A DNA stretch of 64,000 nt, from positions 1,488,001 through 1,552,000 of the forward strand of contig NW_026781965.1 of assembly GCF_031769215.1 (NCBI RefSeq), given 5' to 3'. Below, one piece after another: positions 11,697-25,104 of this stretch. The notes below the pieces were generated by a model, which had not been told where the DNA came from, made no database searches, and saw only the letters and a list, made by a program, of their open reading frames with translations. Each line of letters opens with the position of its first letter. The first letter of the stretch is position 1. The stretch comes from Ylistrum balloti (taxonomy: Eukaryota). The position numbers and the translations under genes are program-made.

Positions 11697-13080
11697 TAAT
11701 TGTTTTTGAAATTGAAATAATTGTCAGGAGTGTTTTTGAATCAAAACATAAATCGTATTTTATTGATTTTTTAAATATCTTATGTTTATTTATTCAATCA
11801 TAAATTAAACAGAACACCCAAAAGTTTATATATATATTTTTTTTAATGTATACATGTACATGTATTAAGTGTTGTTGTATATGATACAAAAATATTACAC
11901 AAAGTCCTTGCTATCTATAATTGGTTTTTGTTTTTAATCTACTTTTTTAATGTGAATTAAATGTATAAAATCTGTGATTTCCTACGCACTGAATATATAT
12001 ACATTTGCATTTTGCAGGTGTGGAATAAATGACAAAAGCATTGTGCTACATATAGAAATTTTTATTTACCTTATTTTATTTTCAACATCGCATACTTGTT
12101 TTCTGTACCCCTTGAATATTCCATGGCAAAATTGAAGGTTCAATGAATTGTATTTTTGCTTCATGTTAAATTTGCCTTGCTCCAGTTGTTCATATCCCCA
12201 GGTTGATCATCTTTCAGTTTTGGCTTGTCTAAGGGGAGGCAACCTCATTTTTTTACAATACCATACAATATTCTAATAATTCTGTTCACATTAAATTGAT
12301 GAAATTTGAAAGAATGATCAGAGGCAGTTTGAAAGACTTGCTCACTTCAGATTTTTCTGATTTAAAATACACTTTTAGTATTAGTTTCCAGAGTTATCAG
12401 AAGCAGAGTCATATGTAATTATCCCCAATGAAACATATCGCAAGAAAGATTAATGTAGGCTTCATCATCGGTCCTTTCTTGGCTTAAACTTGAAAATTTT
12501 TTAACATATCTGGCTCAACTTTTATATACATATAAGGCTATAGTGCCTTAGGCTTGCCTTTTATAATAGACATGATACCCCTTTCGGTATAATCTTTGTT
12601 AGCATGGAAATAAATAGAGAAATCCAAAATTGACAGTTTGCAAGCTTTTCTCAGCCTGCAACCTGTAAAACTATTGTGTAGATTTCTACACATGTTAAAG
12701 ACACAGAGAAAGTGCATCAAAAGATTTACTAACTATATGGTTGATATGTATATAGGTCTGTTTGGAGGGTCATACCAACAACATGTGATAATGTCTTACT
12801 TTTCAGCTCCTTGTTATAACTGTCTGTTTTTTGACAACATAATTCAAAAATAGATTACTATTTGAATTGAGTGTTGGTCATATCTTCACTTTTTGGTGGT
12901 GATGATTAAGAGGTGCTTGCAATCTGTGAAATTGTGATAAGAAATATTAAGGATAAATATTGTTACTCTTTTGACTTTTGTAACTATATATATCCATTTC
13001 TTAACTGCAAATACTCTTCCATACTCCTAAACATTTTCTCTATAATAATTATACCTATGGGATATAAATACATCTATCAA

Positions 13081-14160
13081 CTGTAAACATCTTACTACTG
13101 ACCAGGTGTTTGTTACTACCTGTAGACATCTTACTATTGGTCAGGTGTGTGTTACTACCTGTAGACCTCTTACTATTGGTCAGGTGTGTGTTACTACCTG
13201 TAGACCTCTTACTATTGGTCAGGTGAGTGATATAACCTGTAGACCTCTTACTATTGGTCAGGTGTGTTATTACCTGTAGAACTCTTACTATTGGTCAGGT
13301 GTGTGTTATCACCTGTAAACCTCTTACTATTGGTCAGGTGTATGTTACTACCTGTAGACCTCTTACTATTGGTCAGGTGTGTGTTACTACCTGTAGACCT
13401 CTTACTATTGGTCAGGTGAGTGATATAACCTGTAGACCTCTTACTATTGGTCAGGTGTGTGTTATCACCTGTAAACCTCTTACTATTGGTCAGGTGTGTG
13501 TTACTACCTGTAGACCTCTTACTATTGGTCAGGTGTGTGTTGTTACCTGTAGACCTCTTACTATTGGTCAGGTGTGTGTTATTACCTGTAAACCTCTTAC
13601 GATTGGTCAGGTGTGTGTTACTACCTGTAGACATCTTACTATTGGTCAGGTGTGTGTTACTACCTGTAGACCTCTTACTATTGGTCAGGTGTGTGCTACT
13701 ACCTGTAGACCTCTTACTATTGGTCAGGTGTGTGTTATTACCTGTAGACATCTTACTATTGGTCAGGTGTGTGTTATTACCTGTAGACATCTTACTATTG
13801 GTCAGGTGTGTGTTACTACCTGTAGACATCTTACTATTGGTCAGGTGTGTGTTATTACCTGTAGACATCTTACTATTGGTCAGGTGTGTGTTACTACCTG
13901 TAGACATCTTACTATTGGTCAGGTGTGTGTTATTACCTGTAGACCTCTTACTATTGGTAAGGTGTGTGTTATTATCTGTAAACCTCTTACGATTGGTCAG
14001 GTGTGTGTTACTACCTGTAGACCTCTTACTATTGGTCAGGTGTGTGTTATTACCTGTAGACCTCTTACTATTGGTAAGGTGTGTGTTATTACCTGTAGAC
14101 CTCTTACTATTGGTCAGGTGAGTGTTACTACCTGCAGACCTATTGGTCAAGTGAGTGTTA
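13081..14160. repeat. 39-bp minisatellite (about 27 units)
   Basis: Unit CCTGTAGACCTCTTACTATTGGTCAGGTGTGTGTTACTA. Confidence 0.95.
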
Positions 14161-15634
14161 TGAAGCTGAAAATCTAACTGGTCATTTGACAAGGCACTTA
14201 ACCCCTATTGCTATGAATTGTACATGTATGCAACGAGCGCCCCAGTATATTGTTCACTGAGGTAGCCACCAGCTGCTAGTTATGATACCCTGATTTAAAA
14301 ATTACTCTGGCTTTTTCTTGGATGATAAAACAACAAACAAAATCAAGGAATGTCTTGTTTGTTCACTTGCTTTACGGCTTGAAGACCAGAAGAGTTTATG
14401 CCATCAAATACTATTTCGTTACTGCTAATCCTCCTAAATGGATAGTGATACAAAGAGAACCCCATTGGTGAGTAAGGAATACTTCATATTTGGTCCTTAA
14501 TGAAATTAGGACCCTTTGATTTTCAAGATGGCTGCCATGGCATCTATCTGGAAAATCTCGTTATCGCTGCACCCTCTGTATGGAAAGTCTTGTAAATAGA
14601 TATGACTTCTAGGGAGAAGAAATTTTATTGTCTACAGAAGGTCCCGACTGAAATTCTGACCCATGCCGCATGCAGTTAATTGATCTTCCTAAATCCTGTT
14701 CTCAAAACACATACTTTTCCAGAATAAAAAGCTATAGATGGAAAGCAGCTGTTTATACTTTTAGACAGCAGTATCCCTGAACAATTGCCAAACTGAATCC
14801 GCCAGAATAATGGAATACTGAAAAAAATGCCCTCGATTTGACAAGTGATTTATTCTTTGTACAATACTTAATAATAGCACCTTTCAAATATCAAAATCAA
14901 TGTGGAAAGGAAAAGCCATTTCCATTTTCATGTTAGCCATATAAATGAAGCATTTCCATGATTCACAGTTACTCTCTACATGTATACATGCAAATCACAG
15001 GTTCATGGACTTTGATGCTGACTACACAGGGATCTACGTGTTTATTTCAAGATATTGCATTTTGGTAAAACCTGCAGGAAAGAGCTCAAGACACAAAATG
15101 TCATCAGTTTATAACAATACCAAAAGTTGGACACCAGTCAGGAACTCTAGAATTTGAAAACAATTGCAATGGAACGACGCTTATCTTGGATTTTGACAGA
15201 AAATAGTTATTATCGGTCTAAATCGAGAAATAACAGGACAGATGTTTCTCAGCTTATTTGTATCCGACCCCTTTTTGCGATATTGTTCTTGAATCCTAGA
15301 ATTACAGAAAGTTGGCTATCTTTGATTCAGGCAGCTACAGTTAAATTTGTTATCGCTAAATTTACTTAGAAATACCGAGCAAATCTTTCCTAGGTTTCAT
15401 GGACATGTTCTCCAGGATAGGACGTATTTCCAAAGGTGATGATTACGCAGGATTCTTTTTGATTGAAAGCAAAAGAATATCTTGGCAGCTTAATTTATCA
15501 ATTTTCCATAATGACGAATGGATCTTTCACAAACTAAAGGGTAGCAACGGCTGACAGACAACTTTTTATGAGTTTGACAGTTAAATCTATTTTAATGTAC
15601 TGAATCGATCTTGCTTTAATTCTATGTAAATGTT

Positions 15635-17092
15635 GCAATACAGAAGATAGTTACAGTGTAAGGTTAAATACTAGCAATACAGAAGATAGTTACAGTGTAA
15701 GAGTAAATACTAGCAATACAGAAGATAGTTACAGTGTAAGAGTAAATACTAGCTATGCAGAAGATAGTTACAGTGTAAGAGAAGATAGTTACCGTGCAAG
15801 GTTAAATACTAGCTATACAGAAGATAGTTACAGTGTAAGGTTAAATACTAGCAATACAGAAGATAGTTACAGTGTAAGGTTAAATACTAGCTATGCAGAA
15901 GATAGTTACAGTGTAAGGTTAAATACTAGCTATACAGAAGATAGTTACAGTGTAAGGTTAAATACTAGCAATACAGAAGATAGTTACAGTGTAAGGTTAA
16001 ATACTAGCTATACAGAAGATAGTTACAGTGTAAGGTTAAATACTAGCAATACAGAAGATAGTTACAGTGTAAGAGTAAATACTAGCAATACAGAAGATAG
16101 TTACAGTGTAAGAGTAAATACTAGCTATACAGAAGATAGTTACATTGTAAGGTTAAATACTAGCAATACAGAAGATAGTTACAGTGTAAAAGTAAATACT
16201 AGCAATACAGAAGATAGTTACATTGTAAGAGTAAATACTAGCTATACAGAAGATAGTTACAGTGTAAGGTTAAATACTAGCAATACAGAAGATAGTTACA
16301 GTGTAAAAGTAAATACTAGCAATACAGAAGATAGTTACATTGTAAGAGTAAATACTAGCTATACAGAAGATAGTTACATTGTAAAAGTAAATACTAGCAA
16401 TACAGAAGATAGTTACATTGTAAGAATAAATACTAGCAATACAGAAGATAGTTACAGTGTAAAAGTAAATACTAGCTATACAGAAGATAGTTACAGTGTA
16501 AAAGTAAATACTAGCAATACAGAAGATAGTTACATTGTAAAAGTAAATACTAGCAATACAGAAGATAGTTACAGTGTAAGAGTAAATACTAGCTATACAG
16601 AAGATAGTTACAGTGTAAGGTTAAATACTAGCTATACAGAAGATAGTTACCGTGTAAGGTTAAATACTAGCTATACAGAAGATAGTTACCGTGTAAGGTT
16701 AAATACTAGCTATACAGAAGACAGTTACCGTGTAAGGTTAAATACTAGCTATACAGAAGACAGTTACCGTGTAAGGTTAAATACTAGCTATACAGAAGAT
16801 AGTTACCGTGTAAGGTTAAATACTAGCTATACAGAAGATAGTTACCGTGTAAGGTTAAATACTAGCTATACAGAAGATAGTTACAGTGTAAGAGTAAATA
16901 CTAGCAATACAGAAGAAAGTTACATTGTAAAAGTAAATGCTAGCTATACAGAAGATAGTTACAGTGTAAAAGTAAATACTAGCTATACAGAAGATAGTTA
17001 CAGTGTAAGAGTAAATACTAGCAATACAGAAGATAGTTACAGTGTAAGGTTAAATACTAGCAATACAGACAATAGTTGCAGTGTAAAAGTAA
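15635..17092. repeat. 39-bp minisatellite (about 37 units)
   Basis: Unit AATACTAGCAATACAGAAGATAGTTACAGTGTAAGGTTA. Confidence 0.95.
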
Positions 17093-18553
17093 CAACTATG
17101 GAATAGTGAACAGACCAAACTACATATATATGTGGAACCAATGAACATCATAAGACATTGGTAATTCATTTAAATTCAGTAAACAGAGGGGATATTTGTG
17201 TCTATGTATTCTTTGCGTATCTATCTTGAAACCATGAAAAATGCAATTTCGCCAGAATTTATTTAAACATAGCCTCCTTTTCTTTTTTAGCACGTGTTTA
17301 AGAAACTTCAATAGTTTATGTATGCAAAAATGTGTGGATTTACATAGGCGACATACTTATAACAAACAGATTTGCCTCCCTTGTTCATCAAATATTGAAT
17401 TCCAAGAGTAATAACAACCTGCATAACCTGCTTTACTGCTGTGTTGTTATCACCTTACAGTAAATAATGTTACAGAAATTCTTATTTCAGAGTTCAAATT
17501 TACACTTGGATACGTCAAACAAGTACTCTGGAAATGGTTTCTTGTGCCATATTTATTACCTCCTATAATTCAAAACAAACTAACTATATGTGTAGAGAAA
17601 ATCCATCCAAATGACAATGGACAATCCATCACATACAAATCTAACGATAAAAACATGAGGACAAACAGCATTTATTTTTCATAAAACCATTTCGTTTAAA
17701 GAGTCTAATCAGCTGTCAAAGCATTAAAACGACTTTAAATAGAAATTTAAATACCATTTCACAATAGGTCAAGATGTTTCTCGGTGTGTCACTCAATAGT
17801 AATAGTTGTCTTATGAAACAGATACGCTACTCTTTAATAGACATGTACCATGTTCAAAAATTCATTTTGTCTCCAGGAAATGGCTATGAGATACACTAGC
17901 ATTACACGTAGTTTGAAAGTCAATGTTATCTCTTGTTAGTAGCTGTAACCTAACTTTACCAGTTGATTGGTTATTCCTAGACAACCCTGTGGTTGCAACA
18001 TATATATGATACATCCACATTCTATACCATATACATGTGTATGTACTCTTTGTTATTAAAGAGGCGGATGCATATGATACTTAATAGTTTTAAAGATTTT
18101 CATTTATCATCAACTGTCAAGCAAATTCATTTTGAAAAGAATGATACAAAACCCAATTATCTTTATCAAAGCTATATATTCAAGTACAACTTCGTCATGA
18201 CATATATACATGCACAATGCATATACAGCTCAAATCACTTGCTTTCCGTTTAGTCCGGATGAAAATAGCTATATTTCTAAAACTAGCAACAATTCTTTGT
18301 GATTCACAGACTCAATATTCATTAATAAGCACACTTTGTAATAAGAATATAGAAATGTAATAAAAAGTTTATTAATTTTAGTTGATGTTTATGATCAATT
18401 CGGTTATTGACTTATAATCTGCACAAAGGTAAATAACACATAATTATTTCACACAAAGTCTGCAGTCTTTTCATCTACACTAAGATTACAATTACAGAAA
18501 TGGCTTTGATTTGTCATGTATACATAGTATATGTGATGTATGACAAAGTGATA

Positions 18554-19183
18554 TCAATATCCACTGTTGATCAGGTTGACAATAGTTGAATTCATAGGTG
18601 CATAATTTCTTGCGTTCCCAGATGACAATTTTCCAGATTCGTAGATCTGCCATTTTCCGTCATTATCTCGCGACAATGAACACATAATGACCGCCTGAGA
18701 AGAACTTGCGTGTGTAAAGGTTGTTTTACACAGATCAACTGTAGGGTTATCAGCCTGGTAAAACTTTAAACTCGGATTCGGATATCTGGAAATGTTCGGA
18801 GAACACCAAGCACTTAGTGTGAAGTACATTTTTGTAACATTACTAGGTATTTTTTTCAGATGGACATTGATGGTGTGATGGCCGATCCTTTTCACAGCAT
18901 CCATGACATCACCAGAGTGCCATAATCCTGTCAAAGGGAAATGTTGATGTTCAGATTGATATCCACGAAAATCGCATATTGCCATATTTGTTGTTCCATT
19001 ATACACCAAGCAGGATGCGTCTAGGTAATCACGACCGGATATAGGATATCCCCAGTGTAGATCGAAGACCACGTGATCAAAAGCCTCTGGGATAGAATAG
19101 AGCAGCACCATCAGGTAGACAGTGGTGTTGGGTGGTACATTGAAGTCTGACAGGGTCGCTAATTTTCCATTGCTTAATCTGTT
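18554..19183 (-). CDS. last exon of Ubl-TerD gene: end of ubiquitin-like domain plus TerD-like domain
   Basis: cttatttccag acceptor, phase 0; ATLSDFNVPPNTTVYLMVLLY (Ubl C-terminal strands), then FDLHWG, DYLDASCLVY, HSGD, INVHLKKIPSNVTKMYFTLS, AVIMCSLSR...WQI, the ordered TerD motifs. Confidence 0.75.
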   Translation of the reverse strand, partial: NRLSNGKLATLSDFNVPPNTTVYLMVLLYSIPEAFDHVVFDLHWGYPISGRDYLDASCLVYNGTTNMAICDFRGYQSEHQHFPLTGLWHSGDVMDAVKRIGHHTINVHLKKIPSNVTKMYFTLSAWCSPNISRYPNPSLKFYQADNPTVDLCKTTFTHASSSQAVIMCSLSRDNDGKWQIYESGKLSSGNARNYAPMNSTIVNLINSGY

Positions 19184-19769
19184 CTGGAAATAAGAATCAG
19201 ATATATATATTCTCGACGGAGGGATCGTAATGATGAACCTATGATTCATTTGTGCTTCTATATTGAACTGAGACTTACAAAGGGCGATCTTTATCAAAGT
19301 TACAATAATGGATTTATTGTGGAATGTAAATTAAACATAAAAATAATAATATGCTTATATCTGCTTCAGATATAACCTGAAAACATGGTTTATAATACAC
19401 GTAACGATAAATGAAAATTGAAAACAAATGATCCATTTGCAATACAATTTGTATTGAGTAATATCAGATAGACATGAAAAATTAAAGATTTATAACATCA
19501 GAAAAGCAAATTCTTCAACTTGAAAAAAGGTGTTTAGACATTTAAGAAACTCTTCGCTCATTAATTAAGAAAATACTCAAAAATGCAGGAAAATAACTAG
19601 ACTGTATGTCCATATTCATGGAACAAAATATTCAAGTAATACACGAAAAACACGGCGACTGGAAAATGTACAAGAAGAGTAAGTAATGTAACATTCTTCT
19701 CAAATGAGGACAAGGTAAACAGCTACGGAACCATCAGGCTAACTAACAAGTATCAAACATGCCTGACTT

Positions 19770-19960
19770 TATCACACATAAGGAAATATACTATTTCCCA
19801 GTGATATCACTATGGCGACCATAAAACTATTTGATCTGAACATCTGTCTATATTTGTATAAGGTACTTGCCATACTAGTTAGATTTTTCTCAGAATCAAA
19901 GTCGTGCTGGAAAGCTAAGTAACTGATCATAATATACACCAATACAAGGAATGGCTCGAA
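19770..19960 (-). mobile_element. Penelope-like RT C-terminal relic in intron
   Basis: Broken frames give IGVYYDQLLSF and FYGRHSDI, like PLE YGVYISQLIRY and KFYGRH; shares tggcgaccataaaact with 33145. Confidence 0.55.
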
Positions 19961-20015
19961 CGAGACCTTAGCTTTGACAAACACTTTAAAGTATTGATCA
20001 ACAGCTAATACATAC

Positions 20016-20333
20016 TGTTAATTCATTGTTGTTGTGATTAAGTTTTTGCTTGTCGACATCGTGATTCAGTCGGTGTTTTATTTCGTCTTTTAGCTTTAAA
20101 ACTGTCATGGTGGAGTAGTAGGGAATGGAAATGGATTCACCCGTGAGGACAGTCACGTGAACGAGGTCCCATCCCTGTTTTGCCACCGATGGCGTGTATG
20201 TACTCTCATACACGGTGAACATAGCACCCAATGAAGCCTCCATCATTTTCACACTGTGACTGTCTGGGTTCACAGATTCTTCACAACCAGGATAGGGACA
20301 CATCTTCTCCTTTTTAACACACTGGATCACGCA
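20016..20333 (-). CDS. internal exon of Ubl-TerD gene: C-terminal half of RING-like Zn finger plus ubiquitin-like domain
   Basis: tttttgtttcag acceptor and GTATGT donor, 106 codons phase 0-0; CVIQC...CPYPGC, then VHVTVLTGESISI...TVLKLKDEIKHRLNHDVDKQKL (Ubl beta-grasp pattern). Confidence 0.75.
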
Positions 20334-23300
20334 CTGAAACAAAAATGGAATTTTGGATTACACGCCAACACATATCTGCTGGATATGGGTGCCATTTACG
20401 AAACTCTTCACTGCCCCCTAACAAACTGAGTATTAAATACAGCACAACGCCTCAGTACACGACAAAGGAATTTAAAGGAATGCACTTTTTTGGGCAGGAT
20501 AAACATAAATGAATGGCCTGCACTCCTGGCCAGTGACATCATATCGTAGGCTGAAATGAATACTGATGCTATACATAAAAAAACAGACACAGAGTTTTAC
20601 AGAACATGTGACATTTCTGTTGTCTCTGAGAATTGTTCTCAAGTAAGTCAGTTAATCTGAAAATAGTAAATAAATGTGAAGGAGGAAACACGACCAGTAA
20701 GTCCAGTTGTTTAAAAAATGCTGCTTTGAAAGCATTATTTTAAGGTGGTTGATCGCTTCATTATTCCCGAGATAACTCTGAACTATGGATCGCATTTTAG
20801 AAGGCGGCACACAGTACATATTAATCGCGTGTTTGAAATTCAGAAAGATTGGTCCCCAATGCACACCTATTTGCTGACATTACAACAATTGGTCAAGCAT
20901 TTGAATTTTGCTTAAATTCTTCTAAAATCTGAATCATTTACAAAAATTGTTTAGATGTTTGTAATCCATAAATAAAAAAACCATTTAAGTAAAGGCCTGA
21001 TAATAATACAGCTTATTCACGGTAACACCATCCCACTAATGTAATATTGCACAGGCGTTTTTGAAAAAAGTGGTACATATTGATAACATATTCACAAGAC
21101 CTAACCCCCATTCACCTTTGCTTACTTCCTTTGTTGAAAACAAAATATCTTGAAGGAAAACGGATGTGTCCAGAAATAATCCAGTGTCTCGCCAGTGTTA
21201 TAAAGGGAGACTACCTCGTTGCGTTAATGTCAAGGTCTGCCAAGGGGATACTTTGCAAGGCTTAATGGGAAAAACCAACAAATCGATTTGAGATTTTAAT
21301 GACAGGATTTATTAAAAAAAAAAACAACTTCAGTTAACACCTCCTTGACATCGTTCCACGACATGTACATTTGAAGTCTTACAGAAATCAATACGATAAT
21401 TTAGGCAGATCAAGTTTTATAAATGGAGAAGGAAGTTTGAATGACTTATTTCGTTTATCATTGTCTTCAATACGAAAATGTTCTGTTTTTAAAAATGAAA
21501 TGTCTTTAATCAACTATTTCATGTTGACACAATTAATATCTTTACTTAGCATTTGAAGTTTTAGTCGGTTTACATTGAGCAGTGAACGTAGACTGGTTCT
21601 CCTGAAGAAGACCGGTTTGCTTAAAAACATTAACTGCTACCCCATCTTACTACATGTAATTTCAATCATTCACAACAAGAGAGTCTATCCCAATTTATTC
21701 ACCCTCGCCAAAATACAGCTTATAGTTTAAGACACTGACCATGTATTTTCCATGTACGTCCTCGGTTAATCAATGTGATACACTTGGCTTTGGTCTCTTA
21801 AATCAGCAGTCTCACCAACTATCATTGTGATTCCTTCATGTGCTCTGTGCATTAGAAAAGCATCTAAGATAAAATCTTACCTCCATGCATATCAAAGATG
21901 GATGGTCACAGTTGTCTGTAACATCATAGGATGGAAACTCTCTTGACAATTTATCATTGGAACAATGCCGGCACAACATGATCAGATGTCATATGCCTGT
22001 CAAAGTAATTGTGATAAATAATGAGTGGATTGTTTGTATAAATGATATTAGCGTGCATGTTTTTTTCATCACATCTTATCATACGACAGAGATGATATCT
22101 AAAAGTGTCTTCAGTAATAACAAATATATTTCATACGTGTGTCATATGCTAAAATATTTTAATATCTTTCACGAGTGCACAGGACGAGTGAAATATACAA
22201 AACATATTAAACACATGAGTGAAATATATTTGTTATTACTGAAGACACTATCAGATATTCTATTTAATACATTTTCAGTATAAAATCACGAAGCTGACTA
22301 TGCTTTTTGCGGACACTACTCACTCATCATAACTTCGCAGTATGAAAATTGAAATGAAAGTTAACCATAGAAATGAATGTCGTGTTACTATTTCGGTCAA
22401 CAACCCTTTCAGGTTTCTAGTTTTTCAGGGTTTTCTTGTACATTGCTTTATGATTTGTTAGTTTTTTTTTAAAGATGATTTCTCTTTTCATTTGTATAAG
22501 TCAGCAACAGTATTATTTTTCACTAGTATATTTTTATAATAACACTTTTTAATGTGATACTTCTCTATATTTCACTAGCAAAAATTTGATAAATACTAAT
22601 AATCCGCACCTTAAAAGTCCATGAGAGATGAAGAAATGGCTATAGAATGTATCAGAGTACATGTATAAGCAATTAATCAACAATAACATAAAGGTTACAG
22701 AATCATTTTTCTATCAAAACCTATCAATACACAAGTGGTATGTTTTAAATCATACTTTGATACAGAATTTCAGCACCGGCTCGATTGAGGTCAGCCGCCC
22801 TCGAACACAAACTTGTTATGTATGTTTTATCAATAAGGTGTATCATAAGAGACACTTACATGTAAAGAGCTCACTCAGATTACATTTGTATTGTATATTA
22901 CATTATGTTACAATATACTCAATAAGTGACTCATTTGGTCTATGCTCTTGTAAGTGAAATAGGGTGTCGTATATACAAGTGTCATCCGTTTATGCTTTTG
23001 ATTGAGATTGAGTGTCGTGTTCTAATTAAAATAAAAGTTAACTTAAATGGTTGTAATAATTCATTTAATCAACTATATGTATACCTTATATGTAATATAC
23101 TGTTGATATATTTAATGTGTTACGTATTGATGGACCCATAGACTCTATATATAATGTATATGAAAACCCTCGCCAAAATGCAAATTACATTTAATATTCT
23201 AAGACACTGACCATGTATTCTCTATTTAATGTACAATAGTGCTTTTGGTGCCTCATAAGTCGATTAACTTTGGCTGGACATTGATTTAATTTTTAATGTT

Positions 23301-23896
23301 TTATTCATTTTATCATGTATGTAGATCAATATGTGACACTTAAATAAAATAAATGGTCATTATATTATTTTTACTATTATTAACTAATTTAACCATTAGG
23401 CTAGCCAGGTGAAGCTGTGGGCTGAATAGTTGGTACTAGGGGTCTGTGTGACACTTCATTGTGGTTCTATGTCTTGTGTTTTTTATTATTGTACTAAGGA
23501 TCCTTTATAATATGCACCATTAAATGCATCATATTGCAGTTAAGCTCAGTGACATACCCCCAGAAGCCATTGTGTTCAGTATCGCTTAGTGTTCGCATGT
23601 CGATGACAGTGATCAGTACGGGGGCTCAGATATAGAATTTTCAATGTATAACGAGTAGGTGACAGCAAGAAACACAGCGAGTGATATATTTAACTGAATA
23701 TTTCGTTGGTAAATAAACATGTATTTAACTCATAATAGGTAATTTTTACTTATATTTGGTAAACATTAGAATTAACGTCTACACCTGAAGTTGATTGATG
23801 AAACCAAACGATTATTAATGACAACACAACAGATAAAGTTATATGAAAACACTGAGAAAGAAGGAAAGAATAATACCTAACTTTAGTCTCTGAAAC

Positions 23897-25104
23897 CAGG
23901 GGCGTAGCTAGCCCAGCAGAAAAGTGTAAGCCTAGGCAAGGGGTCTGGGGGCCGCCTAGGCCCCAAGAGGGTCCAGAACAGAGTCCTGGTGGGGGATCAG
24001 GGGGGCGAAGCCCCTCCGACGGAAAATTAATTTCATGATTAATCAGATGTACTGGTAGATAGGGGTATATAAAAACTCAAACACAGGTTTGGGCCAAAAG
24101 TAACCAATATTTTATTATTATGTAATATTATGTAACATTACAAAATTATATATCTGTGGACAACACAGTCCACAAATAATGAAATACTGGTCTTCTGCTA
24201 AGAGACAAATACAACTAATAACTACAACATAAAAGATATAATCTAAAGGGATGGGTGGGATGGGTGTTTATCATTCAGGATTCTAAAGCCCTGTCAGTGC
24301 TGGAGGTGGGACCTGGTCACTCCACAGTGCTCTGGAGACTGTGGCTGGGCAGGTCAGTGCAGCAGTGTAACCTACAAACCTCCTAGGTTGTCATTGGCTA
24401 AACCTGTCAAGGTGAGGAGGTTAATGGCTGACCATACAAATCCCCATTATAGGCACAATGTTTCTCAATGGTCCCATTGCCCCAAACTTGACATGCCAAA
24501 TGTTAGCCCTGACCCCCGGATAACCGACCTGATAAAAGTTGGGGCAATCTGACAAGAATGACACTCCATCCCACCTCATTAATATTGTATTGATAACTTA
24601 ATACCTACATTTCAAAGATGTTTTGAATCGTTTTCTGAGACAATTTTTTTTTTAATTTCTTCAACCCCTGATTAAATAAAAGCTAACTTTCTGTTCTTTT
24701 GATTCGCGACAATGTCCATAACAATTTCCGGATCTTGGTTACCTGTACCTTCGGTCTTTGATGTGTCACTTTTAGTGTGGTCACTCGATTCGACTTTATT
24801 TTGTTTGAAAAACTTGTCGATCGACGTCTGTAATCCAGAAGCCTTCTTCATTTTGAAAATTTGCACTTTAACAACATTATGATCGGAAACGTTGAAATGA
24901 TAGTAAGAAGTAGAATAGTATGACGTGTATAAAGTTCCGGAAAGCAATGCACTAGGCCTAGTTATTCAACAATTTTCTATTTTTAATTTCTTATTTATCA
25001 AAAAGTATTAGATATTTATTTTCAACCTTAGTTTTGTAATTTTGTCCGACATACTCTATGCACAGATTTTTTTGTGTGTAAGCCTGGGCTTTGCTACGCC
25101 CCTG
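23897..25104 (-). mobile_element. nonautonomous hAT-like DNA transposon, 1208 bp
   Basis: TIR CAGGGGCGTAGC at both ends, GAAAC on both flanks (23892-23896, 25105-25109); contains truncated ORF MKKASGLQTSIDKFFKQ resembling hAT transposase N-termini. Confidence 0.75.

Noticed and set aside
13251-14192. Three overlapping repetitive ORFs (313, 307, 224 aa)
   Set aside because: Same minisatellite artifact.
3050-17092. CRISPR-like appearance of regular arrays
   Set aside because: Units are contiguous with no unique spacers, there are no cas genes, and the DNA is eukaryotic.
18554-19297. TerD-like ORF as bacterial contamination, and its first 37 aa
   Set aside because: The gene has a GT-AG intron containing a PLE relic and sits in continuous host DNA; ORF residues upstream of 19183 are intronic.
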